Shown here one piece after another: positions 29,346 to 38,999 of a DNA stretch of 64,000 nt (the first letter of the stretch is position 1; each line of letters starts with the position of its first letter). Source of the DNA: an uncultured Candidatus Saccharibacteria bacterium (GTDB lineage Bacteria; Patescibacteriota; Minisyncoccia; SW-4-49-11); NCBI GenBank assembly GCA_964633865.1, contig CAZWIJ010000003.1, positions 40,656 through 104,655 of the forward strand. The letters run 5' to 3'. The translations under genes and the position numbers were made by a program. The notes under the pieces were generated by a model that was not told the origin of the DNA, searched no databases, and saw nothing but the letters and a program-made list of their open reading frames with translations.

Positions 29346-31322
29346 TTATCTTTTATGTGTCAACAAGATTTTAGTTAAATTTTTAAAATTAACTATTAAA
29401 ATAATAATAAAGATCCATGAAAATAATTGTACATAAAATATTTTATGCCACTGATGTGTTAATAGAACATCTTCTCCTGTCCTATTTATAATAATCTTAT
29501 AGTCAGAAGATTTCTGGATATAATTCGAACCATTTATATTAAATCCTTTTGAATAATTATGGTTAAGATAAATATATGGATATTGGTCGATATCTTTACC
29601 ATCATCCTTAATCAAAATTTGATTTAACTTTGGGTAAATTACTGAGAATTCAGGTTTATTTGATTCAAATAAAATTTCTACTATCTCTTTATTATCTTTA
29701 TCTAAATTATCATAATTGTAAAAATTATTTTCAATATTCAATTTTGTATCTAAATTCTGAATTGTTGAGAAATCTGATTCATCAATACCTGTAGCAATTT
29801 TCGGTTCAAAATTAGATTCTAAAATATTATAGACATTTCCATCAGAACTAAAATTTATTACTTTTAATTTTTCTTGTTTGATAAGTTCTTGTAATAAAAT
29901 TGGATATGGCTCTTGTATAGGAAAAATTTGTTTTACTCCCAAAACTTTCATATAAGTCCAAAGATTCTCAGAACTAAAATCTCTTTTTTGCCCATCTATA
30001 CATTTATGAAAATGTATTAGATCTTCAAAGGCACCAGCATTTGGACTCAAAACCAAATGATTACTATAACCTGTAATAAATTGAAAATCATAATTTGAAT
30101 TTTTATTAGAATTTAAATGAGTAAATCTAAAATCACTAGAAAAGTCATACACTCTACTTTTGATAGAAGGTAATGCATTACGATAATATTCTATATTTTC
30201 TTTTGTTTTAGTATATTCTAAATAATAAACTTTGACCACAGAAACAACCAAAGAGAATAAAATAATTGATAAAAAAGCCATAATTGTGACCAAATTTCTT
30301 TGTTTTAATTTCTTCTGTAAATAAATATAGACTGGAAATCCTGATATCAAAATTCCTATGTATACAATTTGATTCATTCTCGTAATCTGAACTCTATGAA
30401 AAATAGGTATATAGTAAAGTGAATTTATTAACAAAATTAACCACATAAAAAAATTAGCTCCAAAAAATATTTTAGCCTCTTTTGAATGAAATTTATTTTT
30501 CCAAATCAAAAATATACAAAATAAAATAATCAAAACCATTAAAAGATCTAAATGAAAGAAACTTCTAATAACTGGATATGATATAGATGAGAGATGATAA
30601 TTATCGGTAAATTTTAAATCTTCCCAGAAATATTGATAAATATACAAAAAACTACTCAAAATAAATATTAATCCGGAAATTAAAACTGTCTTGATCTTAA
30701 ATTGAAATAATTCTTTTAACCAAAAAAATCCTAAAATAACACTATTATAAATTCCAAATAAAGGATGTATATAAAGACTCAATCCAGCAAATAAGCTTAA
30801 TCCCATTGTATTTTTATTAAATCCAAAATTTGTATTATTAATGAAATAATATGCAACTATAGGTGTCAGAAGAATAGCAAACAATAAAGTTGGCATATGT
30901 AATACAGACCAAAAATAAAATGGTGTATAACTAATTATGCTAATTATCAGACTATAATTGGGATTAACTTTAAATTTTCTAAGTATAATATAAATAATTA
31001 ATCTTAGTGCAAATATATAAAAAATTGCAAATCCATACAAAATTTGTATACTAGAGAGACCCAAATATTTTAGTGGCAATAATAAGTAAAATAAAATAAA
31101 TTGATAAGACCGCCAATAAGTAATTCCTCCATACCAAGAAACATCATAAGAAATCAAACCATTCTGATAAAGAGAATCTAATCTAAAAGCACCTAAAAGA
31201 AAATCCCCAGAAATTCCTAAAAATGAATTATAGTCACCCAAAATAGGCATAGAAATTATAATACCTACTATCAAAATTATTATTATATAGATTAAATCTA
31301 TTTTGTTAAATTTAATTTTCAT
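29346..31322 (-). CDS. large polytopic membrane protein (658 aa, ~14 TM plus a C-terminal extracytoplasmic domain); possible GT-C-type glycosyltransferase (unverified)
   Basis: TM-rich N-terminal 380 aa with a first-loop GDYNSFLGISGDF, and a soluble ~270-aa C-terminus. Lies in a cluster with GT2 genes. Confidence 0.45.
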   Translation of the reverse strand: MKIKFNKIDLIYIIIILIVGIIISMPILGDYNSFLGISGDFLLGAFRLDSLYQNGLISYDVSWYGGITYWRSYQFILFYLLLPLKYLGLSSIQILYGFAIFYIFALRLIIYIILRKFKVNPNYSLIISIISYTPFYFWSVLHMPTLLFAILLTPIVAYYFINNTNFGFNKNTMGLSLFAGLSLYIHPLFGIYNSVILGFFWLKELFQFKIKTVLISGLIFILSSFLYIYQYFWEDLKFTDNYHLSSISYPVIRSFFHLDLLMVLIILFCIFLIWKNKFHSKEAKIFFGANFFMWLILLINSLYYIPIFHRVQITRMNQIVYIGILISGFPVYIYLQKKLKQRNLVTIMAFLSIILFSLVVSVVKVYYLEYTKTKENIEYYRNALPSIKSRVYDFSSDFRFTHLNSNKNSNYDFQFITGYSNHLVLSPNAGAFEDLIHFHKCIDGQKRDFSSENLWTYMKVLGVKQIFPIQEPYPILLQELIKQEKLKVINFSSDGNVYNILESNFEPKIATGIDESDFSTIQNLDTKLNIENNFYNYDNLDKDNKEIVEILFESNKPEFSVIYPKLNQILIKDDGKDIDQYPYIYLNHNYSKGFNINGSNYIQKSSDYKIIINRTGEDVLLTHQWHKIFYVQLFSWIFIIILIVNFKNLTKILLTHKR

Positions 31323-31342
31323 AATAATTAATTATAAATATA

Positions 31343-32587
31343 TTATTTTTTCTCTTCCAAAATCAAAGCTATTTTATCTTTTTTACCTTTTTTTATACAA
31401 AATATTTCTTTATTTTGAACAAAATCTATGATGGATTTATCCAATAAACTTATACTTATATCTGTTATAGTTAATATATCATTATTCTCAAGTGAGATAA
31501 ATTTTATTGCTCCTGACTTTATCAAATCTTTTGATTTGGTAAGAGATATCTCAAATATATCAGCAATTATATTCACTAATTTATAATCAGATTTGGTATA
31601 AACATATTCCACAAAATCTTCTTTACTAACTTTTTTTTCTCTAAATATTCTTTCAAAATCTAATTTAGTTTGTTCTGCTATCTCTTCTCCATAATATCTT
31701 TTTACAATAGTATATCCTAAGATTTCTTTGATCTCTTTTGGATTTCTACCAGATTCTAAGTCTTTTTGGTAAATTTCAATTTGCTCAAGATCAATATCTG
31801 TAGCTAATCTAAAATAATCTAAAATCAAATCATCCTTTACAGTCATAATTTTACCAAACATATCTTGTGGACTATCATTAATAAATATTCCATTTCCCCA
31901 AGAAGTAGACATTTTTCTACCATCAAGCCCAACCAAAAATTCAAATGTCATAATATCTTGTGATTTTTGACCATAAACTTTCTGAATTTTCCTACCTGCC
32001 ATTAAGTTAAAATATTGATCATTTCCTCCAATCTCTAAATCAGACTTTACCATAACAGAATCATATCCCTGCATCAATGGATACATAAACTCTCTCAGAC
32101 TAATTCTTTGCCCTTCTTTGTGTCTTTTAGAAAAATTATCTCTATCAAGCATCTCTGAGACAGAAAAAACATCTGCTAACTCCGAAATTTGATTAAAATC
32201 TAATTTGGATAACCAATCAGAATTATATAAAATCTCAACTTGATTTAAGTCAACTATTTTTCCAACTTGATTTAAATAATCTTTTAGATTTTCATTTACT
32301 TCTTCCCTATTTAACCCTTTTCTTTCTTCAGTTTTATCAGAGGGATCACCAATTTGAGCTGTAAAGTCTCCAATTATAAAAATTATTTTGTGACCTAATT
32401 CTTGAAGTATCTTTAATTTCCAAAAAGAAATTGCTCTTCCTAAATGAATATCAGGACCAGTTGGATCAATTCCAAACTTTATTCTTAATTTTTCACCTGA
32501 AAATAACTTTTTTCTTAAATCTTCTTCTTCAATAATATTTGTTACTCCCCTTGTCAGAAATTGTTCTATTTTTTGTTTTTCATCCAT
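31343..32587 (-). CDS. tyrS: tyrosine--tRNA ligase
   Basis: The HIGH-class motif region GIDPTGPDIHLGRAI...IGDFTAQIGDPSDKTEERK matches TyrRS (GFDPTADSLHLGH...IGDPSFKAAERK). KMSKS present as KMSTS. C-terminal S4-like domain. 414 aa. Confidence 0.8.
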   Translation of the reverse strand: MDEKQKIEQFLTRGVTNIIEEEDLRKKLFSGEKLRIKFGIDPTGPDIHLGRAISFWKLKILQELGHKIIFIIGDFTAQIGDPSDKTEERKGLNREEVNENLKDYLNQVGKIVDLNQVEILYNSDWLSKLDFNQISELADVFSVSEMLDRDNFSKRHKEGQRISLREFMYPLMQGYDSVMVKSDLEIGGNDQYFNLMAGRKIQKVYGQKSQDIMTFEFLVGLDGRKMSTSWGNGIFINDSPQDMFGKIMTVKDDLILDYFRLATDIDLEQIEIYQKDLESGRNPKEIKEILGYTIVKRYYGEEIAEQTKLDFERIFREKKVSKEDFVEYVYTKSDYKLVNIIADIFEISLTKSKDLIKSGAIKFISLENNDILTITDISISLLDKSIIDFVQNKEIFCIKKGKKDKIALILEEKK

Positions 32588-32593
32588 ACAAAT

Positions 32594-34912
32594 TTATTTT
32601 AAAGCTACTGGAATTACATCATCCATAGTCTCAGCAAAAACAAATTTCAAATCATCTTTTACATTCTGAGGTAATTCTTCCAAATCACTTTTATTAGATT
32701 TAGGAATAATAATAGTCTTTAGGCCTGCTCTGTGAGCTGCTAAAATTTTATTTTTGAGTCCTCCTATTTTCATAGCCTTACCTCTCAAATTTATCTCGCC
32801 AGTCATACCAACTGTTCTATCTACTTTTCTCTTAGTAAGTGCAGATATTAGAGCTGTTGCCATAGCTAAGCCCGCTGAAGGACCATCCTTTGGAGTTGCT
32901 CCTGCTGGTACATGCAAATGCATATCTTGAGATTTTATAGTCTCAACCTCTATATTGTATTTATTTGCATTAGATTTGACATAAGAGTAAGCTGCTTGAG
33001 CTGATTCCTGCATCACTTTACCAAGTTGACCTGTTAACTGTAAATTTCCTTCACCTTTAAATAGATTTGTTTCTATAAATAAGATATCGCCTCCATGAGG
33101 AGTCCAAGCAAGCCCAGTCACTACACCTATTTCATCTTTTTTATTAATTCTACTTTCCTCATATTTTTCTGACTTCAAATATTTCTCAATATTATCTGGT
33201 TTAATTTTTACCTTAAAGTCTTTATCTCCTAACATGATAAATTCTTTAGCTACTTTTCTAGCTATTTTAGATAATTCACGATCAAAACTTCTAAGACCAG
33301 CCTCAAATGTATATTTACTAATAATAGTCAAAATACTCTTATCTTCAAATTCTAAAATTTTTGGTGTTAACCCACTCTTTTTGATAACTCTAGGAACCAA
33401 ATATTGTTTAGCTATATTTAATTTCTCATCATCAGTATAACCAGTAAATTCTATAATCTCCATTCTATCTAATAATGGTTCTGGAATTGAGGATAAATCA
33501 TTTGCAGTTGTAATAAATATAATATCAGATAAATCATATTCTATATCCAAATAATGATCTATAAAATCTTTATTTTGAGCTGGATCTAGAACTTCCAAAA
33601 GAGCTGCCGAAGGATCTCCTCTGAAATCCGAACCTAATTTATCTATCTCATCTAGCATAAATACTGGATTTGAAGAACTGATATTTTTCAAACCTTGAAT
33701 AATTCTACCTGGCATAGCACCAACATAAGTTCTTCTATGACCTCTAATTTCAGTCTCATCTCTTACTCCACCAAGAGATACTTTAACAAATTCTCTACCA
33801 GTTGCACGAGCTATAGATTCTCCAATTGAAGTTTTACCTGTACCAGGAGGTCCAAAGAAACAAAGAATTGTTCCCTGTGGTTTTTTAGTTAATTTCTCAA
33901 CAGAAAGATATTCTAAGATTCTTTCTTTTATCTCTTCCAAACCATAGTGATCATTATCCAAAATTTCTTTAGCTTTGGACAATTCTATGCTAACTTTTTT
34001 CTTTTTATCCCAAGGAAGTGAAGCTAAGATCTCCAGATAATTTTGGATATAAGAGCTTTCAGGAGAAAAAGGTGGCATTTTATCCAATCTAGAAAGTTCT
34101 GTAAAAGCTTTTTTCTCAACTTTTTTTGGTAATTTTGCTTTTTTTAATTTATTCCTCAATTCTCCAAATTCACTATCTTCTTGACTCATTCCCAATTCTT
34201 TCTCTATAGTTTTCATTTGTTCACGAAGCATAGCTTCTCTAGCAAATTTACCGACTTTTTTCTGGGTTTCCTGCTGAACTTTTTGACCTAATTTCAAAAT
34301 CTCTTTTTCTTTATTAATATAAAGATTTATTTTCTTTAATTTTTCTAAAAGATCAGTCTCAGCTAATAAAGCTTGCTTCTCTTCATTTTTGATAGTTAAA
34401 ATAGAACTTATTAAAGAAGCTAACTCATTTGCTTCAATCTTATCACCTATAATTTCATTCACAACTGGAAGAGAAATTGATACTCCCATATTCAAAATAT
34501 CTTTAAATACAAGTATAATATTTCGAATTACTGCTTCAATTTCAACTAAATTCTCAATTGGCTTATTTTCTAAAAATTTAAATTCACTAAAAAATGTATT
34601 ATCTTTTTTTTCAATCTCACTAACTTCTACAGGATACAAACCTTCTACCAAAACACCCGTTGGCCCTTCTGGCATTTTCCAAATTCTAATTATTTTTGCT
34701 ACTGTACCTACATTATAAAGATTTTCAGCTTCTATTTCATCTTTATATTTTTTTTGAAAAACAAAAACAGGATCTATATTATTATCCAGAGAAAAATTAA
34801 GTGCATTTAAAGATTCTTCTCTTTCGAAAACAAGAGAAATAATTTCTTTTGGAAATAAAACTTTATTTTTTAAGGCTATCAATGGTATTTTGTTCAAATC
34901 TACTTTACTCAT
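32594..34912 (-). CDS. lon: ATP-dependent Lon protease
   Basis: Lon N domain, AAA+ module (GPPGTGKTS, MLDEIDK), and proteolytic domain with PKDGPSAG (catalytic Ser) and a downstream Lys. 772 aa. Confidence 0.9.
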   Translation of the reverse strand: MSKVDLNKIPLIALKNKVLFPKEIISLVFEREESLNALNFSLDNNIDPVFVFQKKYKDEIEAENLYNVGTVAKIIRIWKMPEGPTGVLVEGLYPVEVSEIEKKDNTFFSEFKFLENKPIENLVEIEAVIRNIILVFKDILNMGVSISLPVVNEIIGDKIEANELASLISSILTIKNEEKQALLAETDLLEKLKKINLYINKEKEILKLGQKVQQETQKKVGKFAREAMLREQMKTIEKELGMSQEDSEFGELRNKLKKAKLPKKVEKKAFTELSRLDKMPPFSPESSYIQNYLEILASLPWDKKKKVSIELSKAKEILDNDHYGLEEIKERILEYLSVEKLTKKPQGTILCFFGPPGTGKTSIGESIARATGREFVKVSLGGVRDETEIRGHRRTYVGAMPGRIIQGLKNISSSNPVFMLDEIDKLGSDFRGDPSAALLEVLDPAQNKDFIDHYLDIEYDLSDIIFITTANDLSSIPEPLLDRMEIIEFTGYTDDEKLNIAKQYLVPRVIKKSGLTPKILEFEDKSILTIISKYTFEAGLRSFDRELSKIARKVAKEFIMLGDKDFKVKIKPDNIEKYLKSEKYEESRINKKDEIGVVTGLAWTPHGGDILFIETNLFKGEGNLQLTGQLGKVMQESAQAAYSYVKSNANKYNIEVETIKSQDMHLHVPAGATPKDGPSAGLAMATALISALTKRKVDRTVGMTGEINLRGKAMKIGGLKNKILAAHRAGLKTIIIPKSNKSDLEELPQNVKDDLKFVFAETMDDVIPVALK

Positions 34913-34915
34913 AAT

Positions 34916-35278
34916 TTAAATATAATTTACTCTAAAATAAACTGCATAATCTTGATCTATAAACTCGCAGAATTCGTTAATATAATTTTGGACTATATTG
35001 TAATAATCTATCAGATCTGGATTGTTTTTTCTGATAACATAACACATTTCTTTCAATTCTGACTTTATATCTGTGTTATCTAAAATTTTGTTGTTAATAA
35101 TACTAAATAATTTTTCTTTATTCTTCTCAAAATCAAATTCTTTATCTTCATATTTTTCTAGTACTATATCTTGATCCCACTTTTCAAAATCCTCTGAAGA
35201 AAGATTCCCAAAAGATAAAAAAACATCAGCTAATCCATTATCAATATACTCTACAATATAGAAACTTATTACTTTCAC
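34916..35278 (-). CDS. hypothetical acidic protein (120 aa)
   Basis: ORF only; no motif recognised. Tightly follows lon. Confidence 0.4.
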   Translation of the reverse strand: MKVISFYIVEYIDNGLADVFLSFGNLSSEDFEKWDQDIVLEKYEDKEFDFEKNKEKLFSIINNKILDNTDIKSELKEMCYVIRKNNPDLIDYYNIVQNYINEFCEFIDQDYAVYFRVNYI

Positions 35279-35435
35279 TATTTTTAATTAAGCTAATATA
35301 CTCTACATTATATATTAAATTTATGAAAATTGCAAAACTAAAATTATGAATTTTATTAATTGACAAGCAAAAAGAAAAATCTCATACAATCTAATGCATG
35401 AGCTAATTTTAAAGTTTAATCTTATTAATTAAAAA

Positions 35436-35792
35436 TTAATAAGTAACAGTATTGTTGTATTCAGAATATGAATCTGGACATTTTTCTCCTGTCTCAGGAT
35501 TAAATTTATATCCTGCAAGACATTTTTTGTCTTCCTCAGATATTGATGGATTATTTTGTACTACTCCTGGACAATTATAATTATAAAATGTATTTTCTAC
35601 TCCTTCAAATACTCCATAGAACATTCCATTATCAGGACATTTTTTTATACAACCCCAAGATTCTATTGAAAAACGATTGTCATAACAGTAAATTTTATCT
35701 TGAGCTTTAACTTCAAATTGAGCTTTAACTTCAAATGAAGAAGTTAAAGAAAGCACAGAAATTAAAATCCCTAAATTTAATCTTTTTGACAT
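35436..35792 (-). CDS. small secreted cysteine-rich protein (118 aa; signal peptide, 6 Cys)
   Basis: N-terminal signal peptide MSKRLNLGILISVLSLTSS with an FEVKAQ-FEVKAQ duplicated cleavage-region motif. The mature part has 6 Cys (three possible disulfides). Confidence 0.5.
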   Translation of the reverse strand: MSKRLNLGILISVLSLTSSFEVKAQFEVKAQDKIYCYDNRFSIESWGCIKKCPDNGMFYGVFEGVENTFYNYNCPGVVQNNPSISEEDKKCLAGYKFNPETGEKCPDSYSEYNNTVTY

Positions 35793-35935
35793 ATACTTAT
35801 TTTTTCTGAATGTACTTATCTACATTATCATATAACTTACATTTTGTCAAGAATTATTTACATTTTTATTAAAATAAAAAACCCTAGACTCATAATTGAG
35901 ACTAAGGTTATGTATAAATTGTAAACTTTCAAATA

Positions 35936-36583
35936 CTATTTAGTCTCAGAAAGTTCTTTTCTTAGAGTTAGAGGATCTTTTCTGATCTCAAATTTTCTTC
36001 TTCCTAGAATAGAGTCCAAGAAATATCCTGAACTAGATCCCAAAACCTGATCAAAGTCTAATATCCCTTCATCATAAACATTACCGATAGTAGACATATT
36101 TCCAGCTACTAGTTTCTGGAATTGATTCTCTGATATTCTTTTATACCAAAGAAAGTATTCCCCATCCTCTACAGATGTAAACGAGATAGATTCTCCTTCA
36201 GGAAGAGAAAGAAATATTTCTTTCCATTCTTCACTTTTTTGGGAAAAAACTCCATCTCTTATCTCTCTTTCTAATTCGTAACATTCATCTAAAGTTTCTT
36301 TTAGATGAGATTTCTTATAATTTAAAGAATCTGTTCCTTCGCCGTAATGATATTCAGTCTGAGTTTCAAACACTAATCTTGAATATTTTTTCAAGATTTC
36401 AGAATCAAAATCCAGAATATGTAATAAAAAAGTAATTTTTTTTATTATACGATTAATATCGTATTCTATACTATTAATTTCTCTTTCAAGAGATTTAGAT
36501 TCTTCAGAATTACCAAAAGAATTACCAAACAAATTTTTAAATAAATTCAACATACTTAATTTCCTCTTTTTATCAAAGAACAT
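35936..36583 (-). CDS. hypothetical protein (215 aa)
   Basis: ORF only; no motif recognised. Confidence 0.4.
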   Translation of the reverse strand: MFFDKKRKLSMLNLFKNLFGNSFGNSEESKSLEREINSIEYDINRIIKKITFLLHILDFDSEILKKYSRLVFETQTEYHYGEGTDSLNYKKSHLKETLDECYELEREIRDGVFSQKSEEWKEIFLSLPEGESISFTSVEDGEYFLWYKRISENQFQKLVAGNMSTIGNVYDEGILDFDQVLGSSSGYFLDSILGRRKFEIRKDPLTLRKELSETK

Positions 36584-36751
36584 TTAACAGTCATGATTAT
36601 AACATTTTTTATATATTTGTCAAGTACATTAAACGAAAAAATATTATTCCATATCATCTTTCAAATTTAAAATATCCTTCTTTTTTTATTGTCGTTTTTA
36701 ATTTATTTGATAAATATATTTTTTCTGTTATACTATATATAGTTATTTTTT

Positions 36752-36836
36752 GGAAGAGTCGCATAGAGGCCTAGTGCGCACGCTTGGAAAGCGTGTATGG
36801 GGAAACTCATCGAGGGTTCGAATCCCTCCTCTTCCG
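36752..36836 (+). tRNA. tRNA-Ser (anticodon GGA), long variable arm
   Basis: Acceptor GGAAGAG/CTCTTCC, anticodon stem CACGC/GCGTG with loop TTGGAAA (GGA), variable arm ATGGG-gaaa-CTCAT, T-arm GAGGG-TTCGAAT-CCCTC, discriminator G. Confidence 0.85.
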
Positions 36837-36981
36837 CCCAAAAATTAAATATTAGGATTCTACTAATTATGGATAAATAAAGATAAATACATTACATTCT
36901 CAGATTATTTCATATAATTCATCACAGATAGAAGAGGTTAGAGAAATTTGTAATTTCTTATCGGAATTCATAAATAATAAT

Positions 36982-37284
36982 TTGAATGATTCCAAAAACA
37001 AACTCTGGCATGGTGGACCTGTTTGGTTTATCAATAGAAATCCTATAGTATCATATACTGTCCGAAAAAGTGGAAAAGTAGCTCTTATTTTCTGTAGTGG
37101 CCAAAGTTTTGATGAACCATCTTTAGTAAATACAGGTAAATTCAAAGAATCTGAGATTTTGTATAGTGACATAAAAGAAATTAACATAGATGATTTAAAA
37201 AGATGGCTTAATAAGTCAAGTAAAATCCAATGGGATTATAAAAATATTGTTAAAAGAAAAGGTGTATTGGTAAAATTAACTTAA
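36982..37284 (+). CDS. hypothetical small protein (~100 aa; TTG start, exact start uncertain), first gene of a three-gene plus-strand operon
   Basis: The frame is open from 36877 with no ATG; TTG at 36982 is the first plausible start. Composition is protein-like. 15 nt upstream of the kinase gene. The overlapping minus-strand ORF 36900-37187 is judged spurious. Confidence 0.4.
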   Translation: MNDSKNKLWHGGPVWFINRNPIVSYTVRKSGKVALIFCSGQSFDEPSLVNTGKFKESEILYSDIKEINIDDLKRWLNKSSKIQWDYKNIVKRKGVLVKLT

Positions 37285-37299
37285 TAAAATAATATTCTA

Positions 37300-37824
37300 A
37301 TGAAGAAATCTATATTAATAACAGCAACTCCTGGAACAGGAAAATCTGCCGTTTGTGATGAATTAAATCGACTTGGATATAAGTCATTTGGAATTGAGAA
37401 TATTGAAGGATTATTTACAATGATTAATAAGAATACTGGGAAACCTTTTGAAGATTATGATAATAATGATTTTGAGAAAGTAAAACAATCTACCTGGATT
37501 TGTAGTAAGCAAAAATTAGAAACTCTTATTAAAGAGAATTCTGATAGCACTGTATTTTATTGTGGAACTACATCCAATCTTGATGATATGCTTCCATTAT
37601 TTGACAAAATATTTTTATTAAAAGTAAATCAAAATATACTTTGTGAGAGGCTTAGTACTCGTACATCAAATGATTTTGCAAAAACAAAAGAAGTTCAAGA
37701 ATGGGTGTTTAGTTGGAAATCAGAATGGGAAAACCATATAAAAGAAAAAGGAGCCATAATCATTGATGCAAGTAAATCAATTAAAGAAGTTACAGAAAAT
37801 ATCATTAGAGAAGTACATAATTGA
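37300..37824 (+). CDS. P-loop NTPase, adenylate/nucleoside-monophosphate kinase-like (AAA_18/AAA_33-type)
   Basis: Walker A ITATPGTGKSAV at the N-terminus; 174 aa, the size and architecture of small NMP kinases. Ends with a TGA stop. Confidence 0.55.
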   Translation: MKKSILITATPGTGKSAVCDELNRLGYKSFGIENIEGLFTMINKNTGKPFEDYDNNDFEKVKQSTWICSKQKLETLIKENSDSTVFYCGTTSNLDDMLPLFDKIFLLKVNQNILCERLSTRTSNDFAKTKEVQEWVFSWKSEWENHIKEKGAIIIDASKSIKEVTENIIREVHN

Positions 37825-37843
37825 ATTAATCTTAATAATTTTA

Positions 37844-38329
37844 ATGAATAAAAATGACATTAACCCAAAATTATACTATTACACTTGTCCAGAAGCACTA
37901 GGATTCTTAGAAATAGAGTTAGATGAAGAAAATAAAATAAAAAATGCAGTTTTTACAGATACAAAAAAACATAATTATTTAGAGTCACCGGAATTAATTA
38001 AGAAAACTTTAGACGATTATTTTTTTAGAAACAAAAATTTACCTAATTATTTAATTTCAGATAAAATTGAAGGCACAGAATTTCAAAAAAGTGTTTGGAA
38101 TGCCATAATTACAATCCCATTTGGTGAGACAATAACTTATACTAAAATTGCTATTAAAATTGGAAGACCTAAAGCTTCTAGAGCAATTGGGAATGCATGT
38201 GGGAAAAACCCTATAGCTCTCTTTATTCCTTGTCATCGTGTTGTAAAAGAAAAATCAGAGAATTATGGATATTACTGGGGTAAAGAAAGAAAAAAATGGT
38301 TACTAGATTTAGAAAGAGATGATCTATAA
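37844..38329 (+). CDS. ogt: methylated-DNA--protein-cysteine methyltransferase (Ogt/MGMT)
   Basis: Active-site motif IPCHRVV plus a helix-turn-helix region (TYTKIAIKIGRPKASRAIGNACGKNP). Start set at the ATG at 37844 (MNKNDIN...), in frame with the longer track ORF that overlaps the kinase. Confidence 0.8.
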   Translation: MNKNDINPKLYYYTCPEALGFLEIELDEENKIKNAVFTDTKKHNYLESPELIKKTLDDYFFRNKNLPNYLISDKIEGTEFQKSVWNAIITIPFGETITYTKIAIKIGRPKASRAIGNACGKNPIALFIPCHRVVKEKSENYGYYWGKERKKWLLDLERDDL

Positions 38330-38433
38330 ATGTTATTCTCTAGAATGTATTTAAATTAAAATCGTAATAAATAGTTGACAAATTTTTAATTTTATAATAC
38401 AATTCATCCTGTTCTTTTGTTTTATTTTATTAT

Positions 38434-38847
38434 ATGAAAATTAAGATTTTTGTTTGTCTGGTAAATAAATTTTTATTAACTGAAATCAAATTTATAAAGA
38501 AAAGAAAATCTTCTATAAATTTATCGAAAAAATATGACAAAACACTTTCTGATATTACTATATTCGAAGATTTATATCTAAGAAAGCTAGATTTAGGATT
38601 AATTAAATTATCTATTAATCTAACTAACTCTAGTAAAATTAGATTAATTAAACTAAAAAAAGAAAAGTTAAATAACTTTTCTCAATATGATATTATGAAA
38701 GTTATTTTTCCAGCAAAATATAGTTTATTAAGAGAGATATCTTCAAGTAAAAGTAACCTCTTTACTTTAAATAGAGAAGATTATGAGAAAGAATTAAAAA
38801 TTTGCTCTTATATTCATAAAGTCTTAATATCTGTACACATTCCATAA
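38434..38847 (+). CDS. hypothetical lysine-rich protein (137 aa)
   Basis: ORF only, low-complexity K/L/I-rich; could be non-coding. Confidence 0.25.
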   Translation: MKIKIFVCLVNKFLLTEIKFIKKRKSSINLSKKYDKTLSDITIFEDLYLRKLDLGLIKLSINLTNSSKIRLIKLKKEKLNNFSQYDIMKVIFPAKYSLLREISSSKSNLFTLNREDYEKELKICSYIHKVLISVHIP

Positions 38848-38999
38848 ACTAAGTAATTTATATTATAAAGCTATACATTTTTTGTGTATAGCTTTTAAAT
38901 TTATACTTGATTTTTATTGAAAATAAAGGTATTATTATATACAAGCCGTATTTTAATATTATAATACTACGGACAATATTATTAACTAACCCTTTAAAA

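Noticed and set aside
36900-37187. 95-aa minus-strand ORF overlapping the plus-strand 36982-37284 ORF
   Set aside because: The plus-strand ORF is part of a tightly spaced co-oriented operon (kinase, ogt) and has more protein-like composition. The minus-strand product is hydrophobic low complexity, and the two cannot both be real over an almost complete overlap.
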